NCBI RefSeq assembly: GCF_001644705.1
Contig: NZ_CP015137.1
Coordinates: 4,200,001-4,232,000, forward strand
Length of the DNA stretch: 32,000 nucleotides
Direction of reading: 5' to 3'
Source of the DNA: Dickeya solani IPO 2222
Lineage (GTDB): Bacteria > Pseudomonadota > Gammaproteobacteria > Enterobacterales > Enterobacteriaceae
Position numbers and translations under genes: made by a program. The notes under the pieces are model-generated. The model was not told the origin of the DNA, ran no database searches, and was given only the letters and a program-made list of their open reading frames with translations. Positions 17,461 to 27,154 of the stretch are shown here, one piece after another. Each line of letters opens with the position of its first letter. Positions within the stretch are counted from its first letter, which is position 1.

Positions 17461-19053
17461 TCAGGCTGATAGTTGCAGTAACTGCCGGGTATAGTCCTGC
17501 TGCGGGTGTTCAAAGAGTTGCCGACACTCGCCTTGCTCTACCACTTCGCCGTTCCGCAGCACAATCACCTGATGGCACAGTGAACGCACCACGTGCAGAT
17601 CGTGGCTGATGAACAGGTAGGCCAACTGATGGGTGTGCTGCAATTTTTTCAGCAGCGTCAGAATCTGCGCCTGCACCGTGCGATCGAGCGATGAGGTGGG
17701 TTCGTCGAGGATCAGCAGTTCTGGTTGCAGGATCAGCGCCCGGGCGATAGCGATACGCTGGCGCTGGCCGCCGGAAAACTCTGACGGATAGCGATAGCGG
17801 CTGTCCGGGTCCAGCCCGACTTCCTGCATGGACTGGATCACTCGCTGCGTCTGTTCCGCCGGGCTTAACCGGTGATGTACCCGCAGCCCTTCCGCGATAA
17901 TCTGCTCCACATTCAGACGGGGATTCAGGGAACCGTTTGGGTCCTGAAACACCACCTGAATGCGGCGACGTACCGGTAGCATTTGCTTACGGTTAAACCG
18001 GTACAGCGGCTGGCCGTCGAACCAGATCTCGCCACGGCTACGCAGCAAACGCAGCAACGCCAGCCCGGTGGTGCTCTTGCCGGAGCCGGATTCGCCCACC
18101 AGCCCGATGCTTTCTCCGCGGCGCAGGCTAAAGCTGAGCGCTTGCAGCACCGGTTTTTCCCCCACCGTGCGGCGTAATAGACCACGCCTGATGGGGAAGC
18201 TGACGCCCAGTTCCCGAACATCCAACAGCGTCGGCGCGGTCTGTTCCAGCGGCAAGGCTTCCCCTGTCGGCTCGGCATTCAGCAACTGCTGGGTATACGG
18301 ATGCTGCGGCGCGCTGAACAACTCGCGGGTTTGGTTCTGCTCCACGCAACGCCCGGCCTGCATTACCGCCACCCGGTCCGCCAGTCGGCGCACAATGTTC
18401 AGGTTATGGGTAATGAACAGCAGGCCCATGTTCAGTTCCTGTTTCAGCTCGTTGAGCAGATCCAGAATTTGCGCCTGTACGGTGACGTCCAGCGCGGTGG
18501 TCGGTTCGTCGGCAATCAGCAGGTCGGGCTGCGTCAGCAGCGCCATGGCGATCATCACCCGCTGGCGTTCGCCGCCGGAAAGCTGGTGGGGAAAGTCCGC
18601 CAGTCGTCGCGCCGCCTGACGAATACCGACGCGCTCAAGGCAACCGACGATTTCACCCCGCGCGGCTTCGTGGCGCATGCCTCGGTGCAGCGAGAGCACT
18701 TCCGCCAATTGCTTTTCAATGGTGTGCAGCGGGTTGAGGGATACCATCGGCTCCTGAAAGATCATGGCAATCCGGTCGCCGCGCACCTGGCGCAGCCGCT
18801 GTTCGCTGGCGTTGAGCAGCGATTCGCCGGCAAACAGGATGTCGCCGTGAGGGTAGACCACCGGCGGCGAGGGCAGCAAACGCAGCACCGACAGCGCTGT
18901 TACGCTTTTTCCGGAGCCGGACTCGCCGACCAACGCCAGCGTTTCTCCTGCCTCAATGCTCAGCGAGACCTGGTCGACCACCTGCCGCTGCTGGCCGCCG
19001 TTGCGAAACGCAATGCTCAGGTCCCGGATTTCAAGTAACGGTTGTGCGGACAT
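17461..19053 (-). CDS. yejF: ABC transporter ATP-binding protein YejF (two fused ATPase domains) of the YejABEF peptide/microcin C importer
   Basis: There are two Walker A motifs (GESGSGKS twice) and two LSGGxRQR signature motifs. The true start is ATG 19053 ([16 protein letters not shown]), giving 530 aa versus about 529 aa in E. coli. It lies 1 nt after the yejE stop. The ORF-track N-terminal extension overlaps yejE. Confidence 0.9.
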   Translation of the reverse strand: MSAQPLLEIRDLSIAFRNGGQQRQVVDQVSLSIEAGETLALVGESGSGKSVTALSVLRLLPSPPVVYPHGDILFAGESLLNASEQRLRQVRGDRIAMIFQEPMVSLNPLHTIEKQLAEVLSLHRGMRHEAARGEIVGCLERVGIRQAARRLADFPHQLSGGERQRVMIAMALLTQPDLLIADEPTTALDVTVQAQILDLLNELKQELNMGLLFITHNLNIVRRLADRVAVMQAGRCVEQNQTRELFSAPQHPYTQQLLNAEPTGEALPLEQTAPTLLDVRELGVSFPIRRGLLRRTVGEKPVLQALSFSLRRGESIGLVGESGSGKSTTGLALLRLLRSRGEIWFDGQPLYRFNRKQMLPVRRRIQVVFQDPNGSLNPRLNVEQIIAEGLRVHHRLSPAEQTQRVIQSMQEVGLDPDSRYRYPSEFSGGQRQRIAIARALILQPELLILDEPTSSLDRTVQAQILTLLKKLQHTHQLAYLFISHDLHVVRSLCHQVIVLRNGEVVEQGECRQLFEHPQQDYTRQLLQLSA

Positions 19054-19054
19054 A

Positions 19055-20080
19055 TCAATGCGCCTTACCTGGGTCAAAGGCGTCGCGAACCGCTTCGCCG
19101 ATAAAGATAAGCAGTGACAGCACCACTGCCAGCACCATGAAGACCGTGATGCCAAGCCACGGCGCCTGCAGGTTGTTTTTCCCTTCCAGCAACAGACCGC
19201 CGAGCGAGGCGGACCCCATCGGCAGACCAAAACCCAGAAAGTCGAGCGAGGTCAGGGTGGTGATGGAGCCGCAGAGAATGAACGGCAGGTAGGTGAGGGT
19301 GGCGACCATGGCGTTGGGCAGCATGCAGCGAAACATGATGGACCAATCGCTGACGCCCATCGCCTGCGCCGCGCGGATATAGTCGAAATTGCGGGTGCGC
19401 AGGAATTCCGCCCGCACCACGCCGACCAGCGTCATCCAGCCAAACAGTACGGTAATGCCCAGCAGCCACCAGAAATTCGGCTGAATCACGCTGGAGAGCA
19501 GGATAATCAAAAACAGCGTCGGCATACCGGACCAGACTTCGATAAGGCGTTGCCCCCACAGATCCACACGCCCGCCGTAATACCCCTGAGACGCGCCCAC
19601 CATGATGCCAATCAGGCTCGACAGCAGCGTTAGCGCCAGCCCGAACAGAATGGAAATGCGAAAGCCATATAGCACTTGCGCCAGCACGTCGCGCCCCTGA
19701 CTGTCGGTGCCGAGCAGATTCTGGCGCGACGGCGGCGACGGAAACGCGCTCTGGGTAGCATAGTTGATGGTGTCGTAGCGGTAGTGAATCAGCGGCCACA
19801 ATGCCCAGCCGCCTTGTTCCAGCCGTTGCGCCAGCCAGGGGTCGCGGTAATCGGCCGGCGTAGCCAACTGGCCGCCGAAGGTCGTTTCGCTGTAATCCAC
19901 CATGAATGGCGCGTACCACTGCCCGTCGTAGCGCACCAGCAACGGTTTGTCGTTGGCGACCAGCTCAGAGCACAGGGTAACGAGAAACAACACCAGAAAA
20001 ATCCACAGCGACCAGTAGCCGCGACGATTAGCGCGAAAGCGCGCCCAACGCGCCTGATTGATGGGGCTGAGACGGCTCAT
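19055..20080 (-). CDS. yejE: ABC transporter permease YejE
   Basis: The product is 341 aa, the same as E. coli YejE. It has a BPD-type permease core. Its ATG overlaps the yejB stop (ATGA). Confidence 0.9.
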   Translation of the reverse strand: MSRLSPINQARWARFRANRRGYWSLWIFLVLFLVTLCSELVANDKPLLVRYDGQWYAPFMVDYSETTFGGQLATPADYRDPWLAQRLEQGGWALWPLIHYRYDTINYATQSAFPSPPSRQNLLGTDSQGRDVLAQVLYGFRISILFGLALTLLSSLIGIMVGASQGYYGGRVDLWGQRLIEVWSGMPTLFLIILLSSVIQPNFWWLLGITVLFGWMTLVGVVRAEFLRTRNFDYIRAAQAMGVSDWSIMFRCMLPNAMVATLTYLPFILCGSITTLTSLDFLGFGLPMGSASLGGLLLEGKNNLQAPWLGITVFMVLAVVLSLLIFIGEAVRDAFDPGKAH

Positions 20081-21168
20081 TGGCGCTCCTCGAAATCGAT
20101 ACGCGGGTCAACCAATGTATAGGTCATGTCGCTGAGAATATTCAGCAGCAGGCCAATCAGGGTGAAAATGTACAGTGTGCCGAACATCACCGGGTAATCG
20201 CGCTGCAGGGTGGCGTCGTATCCCAGCAGCCCAAGGCCGTTAAGGGAGAACATCACCTCAATGAGCAGCGAGCCGGTAAAAAACATGCTGATGAACGTGG
20301 CGGGAAAGCCGGCGATGACCAACAGCATGGCGTTACGAAATACGTGGCGGTAGAGAATTCGTTTTTCATCCAGCCCTTTGGCGCGGGCGGTGACCACGTA
20401 CTGCTTGCGGATTTCATCCAGAAACGAGTTCTTGGTCAGCATGGTCAGCGCGGCGAAGCCGCCAATCACCATCGCCAGCACCGGCAGCGCAATGTGCCAC
20501 AGATAATCGGTAACCTTGTCAAACCAGGACAGGCTGTCAAAATGCGGCGACACCAGCCCGCGTAGCGGGAACCAGTCGAGGTAACTGCCGCCGGCGAACA
20601 GCACGATTAGCAGAATTGCGAACAGGAACGCCGGGATAGCGTAGCCGACGATAATCAGCGTGCTGCTCCAGACGTCAAAGGCCGAGCCGTTGCGCACCGC
20701 CTTTTTGATGCCGAGCGGAATGGAAACCAGATAGATGATCAGCGTGCTCCACAGCCCGAGGGATATCGACACCGGCATACTCTCTTTAATCAGGGCAATG
20801 ACCGACGAGCCGCGAAACAGACTGTTGCCGAAATCAAATCGCACGTAATCCCAGATCAACTTGAAATAGCGCTCGTGCAGCGGCTTATCGAAGCCGTAGC
20901 GTTTGGTGATTTCCGCGATGATTTCCGGGTCCAGCCCGCGGGCGCCGCGATAGGTGTTTTCCACCGACGGCTTGCTGCCGCCCGGCCCGCGCGCCAGCCC
21001 GCCGTCCCCGCCAGCGCCAAAGCCGCTGCCCTGGCCCATTTCAATCGAGGCGATGGCCTGATCGACCGGGCCGCCCGGCGCGACCTGCACAATAAAAAAG
21101 TTGATGGTGATGATGGCCCACAGCGTGGGGATCACCAGCAATAGTCGACGTAACAGGTAAGTTCCCAC
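20077..21168 (-). CDS. yejB: ABC transporter permease YejB
   Basis: The 363-aa product is near-identical in blocks to E. coli YejB. Shared blocks include [22 protein letters not shown] and [26 protein letters not shown]. Confidence 0.92.
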   Translation of the reverse strand: MGTYLLRRLLLVIPTLWAIITINFFIVQVAPGGPVDQAIASIEMGQGSGFGAGGDGGLARGPGGSKPSVENTYRGARGLDPEIIAEITKRYGFDKPLHERYFKLIWDYVRFDFGNSLFRGSSVIALIKESMPVSISLGLWSTLIIYLVSIPLGIKKAVRNGSAFDVWSSTLIIVGYAIPAFLFAILLIVLFAGGSYLDWFPLRGLVSPHFDSLSWFDKVTDYLWHIALPVLAMVIGGFAALTMLTKNSFLDEIRKQYVVTARAKGLDEKRILYRHVFRNAMLLVIAGFPATFISMFFTGSLLIEVMFSLNGLGLLGYDATLQRDYPVMFGTLYIFTLIGLLLNILSDMTYTLVDPRIDFEERQ

Positions 21169-21177
21169 ATCGGCTCC

Positions 21178-22989
21178 TTATCGACGCGCTGCCGGCAGGG
21201 TGGCCGCTTTATCAGCGTCATACCACCAGCTGTCGATACCCAGCGTATAGGCCGGGCGGGTTGCAGGCATGGCAAATTTGTTCCAGTAGGCGAAACGATC
21301 GTGATTGGAATACCACATCGGTATGGCGAACTGGTTCCAGGTCAGCACTCTGTCCAGCGCGGGTCCCAGCGACAATAGCGCCGGTTTGTCGCCCTGATGG
21401 CGAATGATGTTATCAATCAATTGGTCGATGGCGGCGTCCTGCACACCTGGCGAGTTATAGGAGGAGTTGATATACCCGGAACTCCAACTGATGGCGAGGT
21501 CGGAACTGGGGTAGGGCATCGCCGGGTACAGCTTCGGGATCATGTCGAAATCACGCTTGCGAAACCGGTTATTGAACTGCGGGCTATCGACGCTGCGCAC
21601 CTCCATGCGAATACCGAGTCGTGCCAGACTATGCTGGAGCGGCAGCACATAGATGGAGTTGGCGGTGCTCGGCAGCAACAGCTCGAAGCGAAAAGGCTGG
21701 CCGGTTTGTTTATTCACCAGTACCTGATTCTTCAGTTCCCAACCCGCCTGTTGCAGCAGTTGCATCGCGTTGAGCAGCCCGGCGCGGTCGTAACCGCTGC
21801 CATCGGACTCCTCCGGCCGGTATGCCGGGCCGAAGACTTCGGCGGGAATCTTGTCTTTCAGCGGCGTCAGCCAGGCCAGCTCTTCCGCCGATGGCATGCC
21901 CTGCGCCGCGTACTCGGTGTTCTGGAAAAAGCTGTTGGGGCGCTGATAGCTATTAAAAAACAGCGTTTTGTTCATCCAGTTGAAGTCAAAGGCCAGCGCC
22001 AGCGCCTGACGCACCCGACGATCGCTAAACTGTGGCCGCTGGATGTTAAACACCAGCCAGCGGGTATCCTGCGCCGCCTGATTGGTTTCATCCTTCTTGC
22101 TAATGTAGCCGCGGGCGAAATTGCCGCCTTCGTACTGGGTCGCCCAGTGTTTGGGGGAACCCTCTATGCGCAGATCAAACGCACCGGCCTTGAAGGCTTC
22201 CAGCGCCACGCTGTCGTCCAGATAGTAGTCATAACGCAACTGGTTAAAGTTGTAGCGGCCGCGGTTGACCGGCAGGTTGGCCGCCCAGTAGTCGGTCACG
22301 CGCGAATAAATTACGTACTGGCCCATGCGATAATCGGTAATGCGGTAGGGACCGCTGGCCAGCGGAGGGGTACTCAGCGGGTCGCTGAGTTTGTGGTCGC
22401 GCCAGAATTTCTCCGGCATGACTGGTAACGTCAGCATCCCCAGCATCTTTTCCTTGTCTGGTTCAGGGAACGTAAAGCGGACCGTGTGCGGCGTGATGGC
22501 TTTGACGTCGGCGCCTTTGTAGTACAGACGGAACTGCGGCACGCCTTGCGTCATGAACATATTGAAGGTGAACGCCACGTCTGCGGCGGTAATGGGTGAG
22601 CCGTCATGAAAACGCGCGGCGGGGTTCATCTCTACTTCAATCCAGCTGTAGTCACTGGCGTAACGCGCGGTAAGCGCAATCAACGGATAATAACTGGCGG
22701 GTTCGTCTTCTGAACTGACGTAAAGGGCGTCGTACAGGCTTTCGGTGCGGGCGGCAGCCAGACCGCGCAAAGCAAAGCGGTTAAAGTTATCGAAAGTGCC
22801 TGGCGCGCTGAACGTAACTTTGCCACCTTTGGGGGCCGATGGATTGGTGTAATCGTAGTGAGTAAAGCCCTGCTGGTATTTCGGTTCGCCCAGGGTTGCA
22901 AACGCATAAGTTTGCTGCGCGGTCGGTTCGGCATAGGCCAGCCAGGTGCAGGCAGACAGCAAGGTGGCGATAAGTGCACGTATAAACAT
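21178..22989 (-). CDS. yejA: Periplasmic substrate-binding protein YejA (family 5 SBP) of the YejABEF transporter
   Basis: The product is 603 aa versus about 604 aa in E. coli. It has an N-terminal signal peptide (MFIRALIATLLSACTWLAYA). It is the first gene of the yejABEF cluster. Confidence 0.88.
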   Translation of the reverse strand: MFIRALIATLLSACTWLAYAEPTAQQTYAFATLGEPKYQQGFTHYDYTNPSAPKGGKVTFSAPGTFDNFNRFALRGLAAARTESLYDALYVSSEDEPASYYPLIALTARYASDYSWIEVEMNPAARFHDGSPITAADVAFTFNMFMTQGVPQFRLYYKGADVKAITPHTVRFTFPEPDKEKMLGMLTLPVMPEKFWRDHKLSDPLSTPPLASGPYRITDYRMGQYVIYSRVTDYWAANLPVNRGRYNFNQLRYDYYLDDSVALEAFKAGAFDLRIEGSPKHWATQYEGGNFARGYISKKDETNQAAQDTRWLVFNIQRPQFSDRRVRQALALAFDFNWMNKTLFFNSYQRPNSFFQNTEYAAQGMPSAEELAWLTPLKDKIPAEVFGPAYRPEESDGSGYDRAGLLNAMQLLQQAGWELKNQVLVNKQTGQPFRFELLLPSTANSIYVLPLQHSLARLGIRMEVRSVDSPQFNNRFRKRDFDMIPKLYPAMPYPSSDLAISWSSGYINSSYNSPGVQDAAIDQLIDNIIRHQGDKPALLSLGPALDRVLTWNQFAIPMWYSNHDRFAYWNKFAMPATRPAYTLGIDSWWYDADKAATLPAARR

Positions 22990-23173
22990 CGAAATGGCAG
23001 ACTCCTGATAACCTCATGTTTCTCCGTATGAAAAGCCGACCTACCGGAGAAAGTGCCTGAAATTCCTGGCAATTACGATGCCGGACGCTATGGTGCTCTG
23101 TTTTACCATGAATTAAGGCGTCAAACCTACTGTTAATCGATCCAAGTTGTTATCGGAGGGACAGGTGGATCAA

Positions 23174-23207
23174 TAAAAAACGCCGCTGTCTGACGAGCGG
23201 CGTTTTA
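23174..23207 (-). terminator. Rho-independent terminator of mepS, insulating it from the yejA promoter region
   Basis: The stem is acgccgct (23180-23187) paired with agcggcgt (23196-23203). On the minus strand it is followed by ttttttatt. It lies 34 nt downstream of the mepS stop. Confidence 0.8.
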
Positions 23208-23240
23208 AGTTTGTTTGGACGACATCAAGGAAAAAGAAAA

Positions 23241-23816
23241 TCAGCTATGTGAATCCTGCTTCAGCACCCGACGCGCTTCGCGGTAACGGGGTTTCCAGTA
23301 GTTGTCATCCATGCTGGAAATAGTCACACCAATGCTGGTGGAAGCATGAACGAACTGCTGGTTGCCGATATAGATGCCCATATGGCGGCCGGTAGAGCCG
23401 GCATGGAACACGACCAGATCGCCCGGACGCAGCTTATTGCGCTGGATTTGGACGCCGATATCCTGCTGTTCGTAGCTGGAACGCGGTAAATCCATACCGA
23501 ATTGCTCATGGAAGGTCCGCTGAACGAAACCGGAGCAATCAATGCCTTTCCGGCTGTCGCCCCCGAGGCGATAACGTACGCCTTTCCAACTGGCGTATTG
23601 CTCAAGCAACTTGGATTTGACTTCCACGTTGCGAACCATCGCTTCGAATTCATCCTGAGAGGCTTGTAGTGAAGGGTCACCACCGTTAACCACACGCCTA
23701 TCAGTTTGAGTATTAACATTTGCAGTATTGGTAGTACAGGCAGTAAGCATTACCGCTACCGCCACAGCAGGCAAGGCCCGCCAGATATATCTCAGAGTCG
23801 GTTGAGATTTGACCAT
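23241..23816 (-). CDS. mepS: NlpC/P60 peptidoglycan DD-endopeptidase lipoprotein MepS (Spr)
   Basis: The 191-aa product is colinear with E. coli Spr. Shared segments include MVKSQP.LRYI, a lipobox [14 protein letters not shown]...[12 protein letters not shown] (catalytic Cys) and GRH.GIYIGN.QFVHAST. Confidence 0.92.
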   Translation of the reverse strand: MVKSQPTLRYIWRALPAVAVAVMLTACTTNTANVNTQTDRRVVNGGDPSLQASQDEFEAMVRNVEVKSKLLEQYASWKGVRYRLGGDSRKGIDCSGFVQRTFHEQFGMDLPRSSYEQQDIGVQIQRNKLRPGDLVVFHAGSTGRHMGIYIGNQQFVHASTSIGVTISSMDDNYWKPRYREARRVLKQDSHS

Positions 23817-23870
23817 TGTTGTTATGTTCCCTTGATGTCCTTAACGATTCAATCGCTATCGCTGTGTTTA

Positions 23871-23918
23871 TGATCGATGTATTTATTGATCGATGCATCT
23901 ATTGATCGATGTATCTAT
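23871..23918. repeat. Three tandem 16-bp repeats, each containing GATCGAT, in the mepS upstream region
   Basis: The units are tgatcgatgtatttat (23871-23886), tgatcgatgcatctat (23887-23902) and tgatcgatgtatctat (23903-23918). They lie 55-102 nt upstream of the mepS ATG. Each unit carries a Dam GATC site overlapping an ATCGAT palindrome. Confidence 0.85.
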
Positions 23919-24279
23919 GCCAAACAAAACGAGTGTCAGACTAAAGCACTACTTTTAATAGGACAATTATCCGTCAACCAAATTGTGCAATACCGCACAT
24001 TATTATTGGTGTTGCAACAGTTGTTTAACTGGCCGGATGTCTACCCATAAATCACGAACCTCGACGACCATACCTTAACAAAAATTAGATTGCGAGTTTT
24101 TTTGCCTCTTTTGTTTATACGATTTCGTGATGAAATTTTTCACGCCAGCCCTATAAAAACCTGCGGCGGGAGAGCGAAGCGATAAAACGTGTGCAAAATA
24201 GCCAAAAAAATTGAATGAGCGGGCAGGGGTGACCACAGCGAGGAGACGAATCGTTTGCTGCGGCCACCGTCAGTCAGGC

Positions 24280-24987
24280 CTACTGACTAAACGATTTTTT
24301 ACCGGGTAACTGGCGGTCAAGCCAGCTAATCAGGGCGTCACAGGCTGGGGTCAGCAGCAGCCAACTGAGCCCCACCAGCACCACCGATAGCGAACCGACG
24401 GCGACATCGGTAAACCAATGCGCGCCGATCATGATTCGCGGCGTGGCAAATACCAGCACAATCAACAGGCTGACGGCAAAGGCGGCTCGGCCAAAGTAGC
24501 GCAGCATAAATGCGGCGAAGATCATCAGCATCATGCCGTGATCGCCTGGGAAACTGTCGCTGGACGCATCCTTGGTAGGAATGCCGGTCAGCTCGCCCAC
24601 CCGGTTGATATCGCTGAAAAACAGCGTCGGGCTGCTGTGCTGCACCGGTATCAGATGCCCCAATTGGTTTAGCACCACCGCGGTCATCAGCATTGCCAGG
24701 CCGATAAGCAGCATCTGACGGCGCGCGTCATGGGAGCGACGCAGGTAATGGAACAGATAAAGCAGCCCCATGGTCAGTAATGCACAGGCGTCGAAGGCAC
24801 GATTGTTGGTAATCGCCACCAGATGGAGAAACGCGCTGGATGTGGCCAGATGCTGGTTGAAATAGAAAAACAGCGATGTGTCTATGCCGAACCAGAACCC
24901 GTGCCGTGCGGGCAAATACCAGGAGAAGAACAGAGAAAAACCCAGAAGATTGAATAATAAAATAAGCAGTTTACTACGCTTTGACAT
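24280..24987 (-). CDS. lpxT: Lipid A 1-diphosphate synthase LpxT (YeiU), PAP2-family phosphotransferase
   Basis: Colinear with E. coli LpxT (237 aa). Shared segments include FFNQ, TNNRAFD, PTKDAS.DSFPGDHGMML and PR.MIGAHWFTD. The start is set to ATG 24987 (MSKRSKLLILLFN), giving 235 aa. The ORF-track extension would overlap yeiR. Confidence 0.88.
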   Translation of the reverse strand: MSKRSKLLILLFNLLGFSLFFSWYLPARHGFWFGIDTSLFFYFNQHLATSSAFLHLVAITNNRAFDACALLTMGLLYLFHYLRRSHDARRQMLLIGLAMLMTAVVLNQLGHLIPVQHSSPTLFFSDINRVGELTGIPTKDASSDSFPGDHGMMLMIFAAFMLRYFGRAAFAVSLLIVLVFATPRIMIGAHWFTDVAVGSLSVVLVGLSWLLLTPACDALISWLDRQLPGKKSFSQ

Positions 24988-25034
24988 ACATCCTGACTCA
25001 CTGTCAAATTGTCCAAGCGTATAACTTACATCAC

Positions 25035-26012
25035 TTACGTTAAACGGGAATTTAACAACTGCTTTTGCAAGGTGTTCCATTCCGCTTCAGATTCATTAAT
25101 GATTTCAATACGGCTGTCCGGCGGCGAGGCGGGTTGCGTTTCAATGCGCAGGTCGTATCCCTGGCGGTTGACCACCAGCGTGCCTTCCGGAATACGCATC
25201 ACACCTTTAACGCGGCTTACCGGTGCCAGACGCACCCAGTCAAGCAGACTGGCGGTGTTGAACTGAGTATCACCATCGAAAATCCAGCCGCAGGCATAAT
25301 AGCCCTGACCCTGATTCAATGCCCGGCGCCAGCTTTCCTGTCCAGTCAGTTTCAGTGCGGCCAGCCCGGTTTTGGCGGCGCTGGAATGATGGTGGTGACG
25401 AGCATCCGGCAGCGTATTGTGGTTTTCCCGCGGCAGGTCCAGCACGGCGGTATCCAACTGCCCCTGGGCTAGTGTGATCAGGCGACGATCCTGACCCTGC
25501 TGCTGATACCAGTCCTGCAGCGCGTCACGGTCGCTGTCCTGCCAGGTATCTTGCTTGTTAGCGACAATCACGTCGGCAGCAGCCAGCTGGTCGCGGAAGT
25601 TTTCATTTTCCGTGTAACGGCTGTCGCCGAGCTGACGCGCATCCAGCAAACACAGCGTGGCCTGCAACTGGATCCACGGCTGATAGGCTTCCGAGGTCAG
25701 CAGCGTCAGAATCTGCTTCGGATGGCCGAGACCGGTGGGTTCAATCAGCAGACGATGAGGTTTTTTCTGCAGCAGCATGTTGAGCCCTACCTGCATCGGT
25801 AGCCCATTCACACAGCACATGCAACCGCCGGGGATCTCTTTGAGCAGTGCGCCGGTATCGCTCAGCAACGCGCCGTCGATACCGATTTCACCGAACTCAT
25901 TGACCAGCACCGCCCAGATTTCGTCTTCGGGCTTGCGGGACAGCAAGTGCTTGATGGTGGTGGTTTTGCCGCTGCCGAGAAAACCGGTGATCAGGTTTAC
26001 TTTCGTCAACAC
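25035..26012 (-). CDS. yeiR: COG0523-family metal-binding GTPase YeiR
   Basis: The product is 325 aa. It has a P-loop GFLGSGKTT, the metal motif GCMCC and a His-rich stretch RHHHHS. The GTG start is preceded by an AGGAGG SD. Synteny between yeiP and lpxT supports the call. Confidence 0.88.
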   Translation of the reverse strand: MLTKVNLITGFLGSGKTTTIKHLLSRKPEDEIWAVLVNEFGEIGIDGALLSDTGALLKEIPGGCMCCVNGLPMQVGLNMLLQKKPHRLLIEPTGLGHPKQILTLLTSEAYQPWIQLQATLCLLDARQLGDSRYTENENFRDQLAAADVIVANKQDTWQDSDRDALQDWYQQQGQDRRLITLAQGQLDTAVLDLPRENHNTLPDARHHHHSSAAKTGLAALKLTGQESWRRALNQGQGYYACGWIFDGDTQFNTASLLDWVRLAPVSRVKGVMRIPEGTLVVNRQGYDLRIETQPASPPDSRIEIINESEAEWNTLQKQLLNSRLT

Positions 26013-26033
26013 AGGAGCCTCCTTGAGTGTGCA

Positions 26034-26063
26034 GGAAAGCGTCTGGCGTGGCCCGCCAGACGC
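26034..26063 (-). terminator. Hairpin between yeiP and yeiR, a possible partial terminator or attenuator
   Basis: The 10-bp perfect stem is gcgtctggcg (26039-26048) paired with cgccagacgc (26054-26063). On the minus strand only ttt follows it. It lies 20 nt after the yeiP stop and 22 nt before the yeiR start. Confidence 0.45.
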
Positions 26064-26082
26064 GGGTATTCACCGGCGGCGA

Positions 26083-26655
26083 TCAGTCCGCGCGGCCCAT
26101 GTAGCGGCGTTCGGCGATATGAATACGGATTTTTTCGCCGGCGCTCAGGTATTCCGGCACCTGAATGACCAAACCGGTGGTCAGCGTGGCCGGTTTGTTG
26201 CGGGAGCTGGCGGACGCGCCTTTGATGCCCGGCGCGGTTTCCACGATTTCCAGATCAACCGTCTGCGGCAGTTCCAACGCCAGCAACTGTCCGTCCATGG
26301 TTAATACCTGGATGCCCGGCATGCCGCCTTCAGGAATAAACAGCAGTTCATCTTCGATCTGCTCTTTCTTGAAGGTATACGGGGTGTAATCTTCCTCGTC
26401 CATAAAGATGTATTCGTCGCCATCAATATAAGAGAAAGTAACGGAACGGCGGGTCAGGGTGATGGTGTCCAGAATATCATCGCCCTTGAAGCGCTCTTCC
26501 ACTTTCAGACCGGTGCGGACATCGGAAAAACGCATTTTGTACAGCGTACTGGCGCCGCGGGCGCTGGGGCTCTGGATATCGATATCTTTTACCAGCAGCA
26601 GCTTACCGTTGTAGTTAACGGCCATGCCGCGTTTGATCTCATTCGCTCTTGCCAT
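26083..26655 (-). CDS. yeiP: Elongation factor P-like protein YeiP (EfpL)
   Basis: The 190-aa product is near-identical in blocks to E. coli YeiP. Shared blocks include [23 protein letters not shown] and [58 protein letters not shown]. Confidence 0.93.
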   Translation of the reverse strand: MARANEIKRGMAVNYNGKLLLVKDIDIQSPSARGASTLYKMRFSDVRTGLKVEERFKGDDILDTITLTRRSVTFSYIDGDEYIFMDEEDYTPYTFKKEQIEDELLFIPEGGMPGIQVLTMDGQLLALELPQTVDLEIVETAPGIKGASASSRNKPATLTTGLVIQVPEYLSAGEKIRIHIAERRYMGRAD

Positions 26656-26779
26656 GAAACATACCTTAAATAAAGAAGAGAAATTTTTGTGGCGACACGT
26701 TACCCGTCAGGATGGGTTCAGGCAAGCGGGATTTGTGGCCGCCTGCTGCCAGACAAACCGGCGGCAGAGCAGTAAACAT

Positions 26780-26813
26780 GGCGGTAATAAAAACGGCGGT
26801 AAAACGGCGGTAA
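26780..26813. repeat. Three copies of GGCGGTAA in the yeiP/yeiW divergent intergenic region
   Basis: GGCGGTAA occurs at 26780-26787, 26795-26802 and 26806-26813, with spacings of 15 and 11 bp. A related cggcggcag lies just upstream at 26758-26766. Confidence 0.7.
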
Positions 26814-26894
26814 GGTAAATAGTGGCCTTGCGGCCGACAGCCTGCTAGGCTCTGCGGCCTGAAAGAGTAACGGGAACCCCTGGAGGTTATGTTG

Positions 26895-27149
26895 ATGGAA
26901 TGTCGCCCTGATTGCGGCGCCTGCTGTACCGCGCCTTCTATCTCCAGCCCGATTCCCGGCATGCCGCAGGGAAAACCGGCCAATACGCCGTGCATCCATC
27001 TGGATGAACGCATGCGTTGCGGTCTGTTCCATTCGCCGTTACGCCCGGCGGTGTGCCGCGGTCTGCAACCGAGCCGCGACATGTGCCGGCATCACCGTGA
27101 TGAAGCGATGCTGTACCTGATTCAACTCGAAGAGGCCACCGCGCCCTGA
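26895..27149 (+). CDS. yeiW: YkgJ/UPF0153-family cysteine-cluster protein YeiW
   Basis: The sequence is [37 protein letters not shown]...[21 protein letters not shown]. It has the Cys-cluster pattern and the synteny of E. coli YeiW. ATG 26895 lies 8 nt after the GGAGG SD. The ORF-track ATG 26889 is only 2 nt from it. Confidence 0.8.
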   Translation: MECRPDCGACCTAPSISSPIPGMPQGKPANTPCIHLDERMRCGLFHSPLRPAVCRGLQPSRDMCRHHRDEAMLYLIQLEEATAP

Positions 27150-27154
27150 CGGGA

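Noticed and set aside
19054-19230. 59-aa N-terminal extension of yejF in the ORF track
   Set aside because: The extension overlaps the end of yejE and is Cys/Trp/Arg-rich. Homology begins at [12 protein letters not shown] (ATG 19053).
17925-19919. ORFs overlapping yejF and yejE: 17960-18619 and 18301-19038 on the plus strand, 19074-19919 on the minus strand in another frame
   Set aside because: These are shadow ORFs within strongly supported ABC transporter genes.
21397-22428. 343-aa plus-strand ORF opposite yejA
   Set aside because: It is an antisense shadow with no motifs.
23871-23918. Tandem repeats considered as a CRISPR or minisatellite array
   Set aside because: The units are 16 bp with no spacers and only three copies, and there are no cas genes. 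This is a promoter-region tandem repeat, not CRISPR.
24228-24268. 12-bp stem (with two G-U pairs on the minus-strand RNA) downstream of lpxT, considered as its terminator
   Set aside because: The loop is 17 nt and the T-run lies about 20 nt away from the stem. It is not a canonical intrinsic terminator, so I left it unannotated.
24988-25080. 31-aa N-terminal extension of lpxT in the ORF track
   Set aside because: It would overlap the yeiR 3' end by 46 nt. Homology to LpxT starts at the internal Met (24987).
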